A DNA stretch of 56,760 bases from positions 1-56,760 of the forward strand of contig JBDSTO010000073.1 in NCBI GenBank assembly GCA_039928255.1. The letters are read 5' to 3'. Of this stretch, positions 55,600 through 56,760 are shown in pieces. Numbering within the stretch: the stretch's first letter is position 1; every line of letters starts with the position of its first letter. Source of the DNA: Aestuariivirga sp. GTDB lineage: Bacteria; Pseudomonadota; Alphaproteobacteria; Rhizobiales; Aestuariivirgaceae. A program made the translations under genes and the position numbers. A model generated the notes under the pieces. The model had not been told where the DNA came from and did not search any database. It saw only the letters and a list, made by a program, of their open reading frames with translations.

Positions 55600-56760
55600 A
55601 ACCCTCTCGGAGGCATTGAAGCAAGCTCAACCTCTTGAGCAGAGCTTTCTCAGTGATGGCACCCAGCGCCTGAGCCTGCAGCAATTGCTGAACAGTGCAG
55701 AAAGCCTTGCCTCTGGCTGGGCGGGGCGATCGGTGATGATTGCAGTTGCCACGCAATTTGAAGCGGCACGCATTTTGGTCTGTCTTGATGGCGTGGCTCA
55801 TCGTCTTTTGCTGCTGCCTCCCGATATGAAGGCCGAGCACTATGCCTCAATGGTACGCGATGCTTCTGTTGATACGATCATTTGCTCTGAGCCTGCACCG
55901 TTTGTGGGACTGAATGTCGATGTTGTGGTTTTGGATGACGCCTTGCCAGCCATGACGCATATCGCTAGTGCAAGCGAGACTTCTACCCAGTGGCTGATGC
56001 TTACGTCCGGCACTACCGGAGAGCCCAAGATTGCGGTTCACAGCTTTGCTGCCTTGACGGCGGCCATTTCGCCACTCCCTCCGTCGCAGCGACCATCATG
56101 GGCCACGTTTTATGACATTCGCCGCTATGGGGGTTTGCAGATTTTCCTGCGCGCCATGCTGGCTGGTGGTTCGCTTACCCTCTCACGCCCGGATGAAGTG
56201 GTGGTTGACCATTTGAAGCGGCTGACTGCCGAAGGTGTCAGCCATATGTCCGGAACGCCTACCCATTGGCGCCGCGCTTTGATGAGTGATGCGGCTTCGA
56301 TTTTTCACCCCCGTGTCGTCAGGCTTTCAGGCGAGATTGCCGATCAGGCGATTCTCGATGGATTGAAAGCGGCATTTCCTGATGCAGCGATTGGCCATGC
56401 CTATGCGTCAACCGAAGCTGGCGTGGGCTTTGAGGTGACTGACGGTCTTGAAGGTTTCCCCGCGTCTTATCTTCAAGCGGCACCCGGCGGTGTTGAGCTC
56501 AGCATCGTTGATGGATCGCTCCGCATCAAGTCCTCGCGCATGGCAAGTGAATATGCGGGCAGGCCCGATCTTGTTCTGGTCAACGCTGATGGCACAGTAG
56601 ACACCGGAGATATTGTCGAGACGCGCAATGGGCGATGCTATTTTGCCGGGCGGCGCGGCGGCATTATCAATGTGGGTGGTCTCAAGGTTCATCCCGAAGA
56701 AGTTGAATCTGTCATTAATCGTCACAGTGCTGTTCGCCAATCACGCGTGCGCGCCCGCAA
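55580..56760 (+). CDS. ANL-family AMP-dependent ligase (likely loads the adjacent ACP), truncated by window end
   Basis: Not in ORF track; manual translation from ATG 55580: WLMLTSGTTGEPK, HAYASTEAG, DTGD, GRRGGIINVGGLKVHPEEVE. Confidence 0.9.
   Translation, partial: MPPRKPETLSEALKQAQPLEQSFLSDGTQRLSLQQLLNSAESLASGWAGRSVMIAVATQFEAARILVCLDGVAHRLLLLPPDMKAEHYASMVRDASVDTIICSEPAPFVGLNVDVVVLDDALPAMTHIASASETSTQWLMLTSGTTGEPKIAVHSFAALTAAISPLPPSQRPSWATFYDIRRYGGLQIFLRAMLAGGSLTLSRPDEVVVDHLKRLTAEGVSHMSGTPTHWRRALMSDAASIFHPRVVRLSGEIADQAILDGLKAAFPDAAIGHAYASTEAGVGFEVTDGLEGFPASYLQAAPGGVELSIVDGSLRIKSSRMASEYAGRPDLVLVNADGTVDTGDIVETRNGRCYFAGRRGGIINVGGLKVHPEEVESVINRHSAVRQSRVRAR

Noticed and set aside
1-56760. CRISPR arrays, tRNA/rRNA, transposases, integrases, phage or defence genes
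   Set aside because: None recognised; nearly all sequence is accounted for by tightly packed CDSs

Overview
Alphaproteobacterial (Hyphomicrobiales/Rhizobiales-like) chromosomal window with three blocks. (1) 1-8.4 kb: an amino-sugar (GlcNAc/MurNAc) utilisation locus with a sugar ABC transporter, murQ, a BadF-type kinase, a GntR regulator, a SIS deaminase, nagA and an oxidoreductase. (2) 8.4-44.2 kb: a Cys-less MerR regulator, a Rem/FtcR/LafR-type flagellar regulator overlapping a TPR-like/ATP-grasp ligase gene, and a near-complete single flagellar cluster with two flagellins. Its gene order resembles the Bradyrhizobium lateral-flagellum cluster as I recall it, and no che or visNR genes are in the window. 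It carries four perfect CtrA boxes, five copies of an RCAAG-N10-(-10) promoter motif and a conserved three-hairpin leader on both flagellin genes. (3) 44.3 kb to the end: an uncharacterised carrier-protein biosynthetic island. It encodes a GT2, a SerRS-like amino acid:[carrier protein] ligase, an acyl-CoA dehydrogenase-like protein, two carrier proteins, a divergent MetA plus MetY, two ANL ligases, an esterase, a cupin, a class IV aminotransferase and a GNAT. The most interesting candidate system is this tRNA-independent aminoacyl-carrier-protein pathway. It abuts the flagellar cluster and has a near-consensus CtrA box, so I infer (untested) that it may modify the flagellum or cell surface, or make a small molecule. 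Family calls come from motif reading, not database searches.
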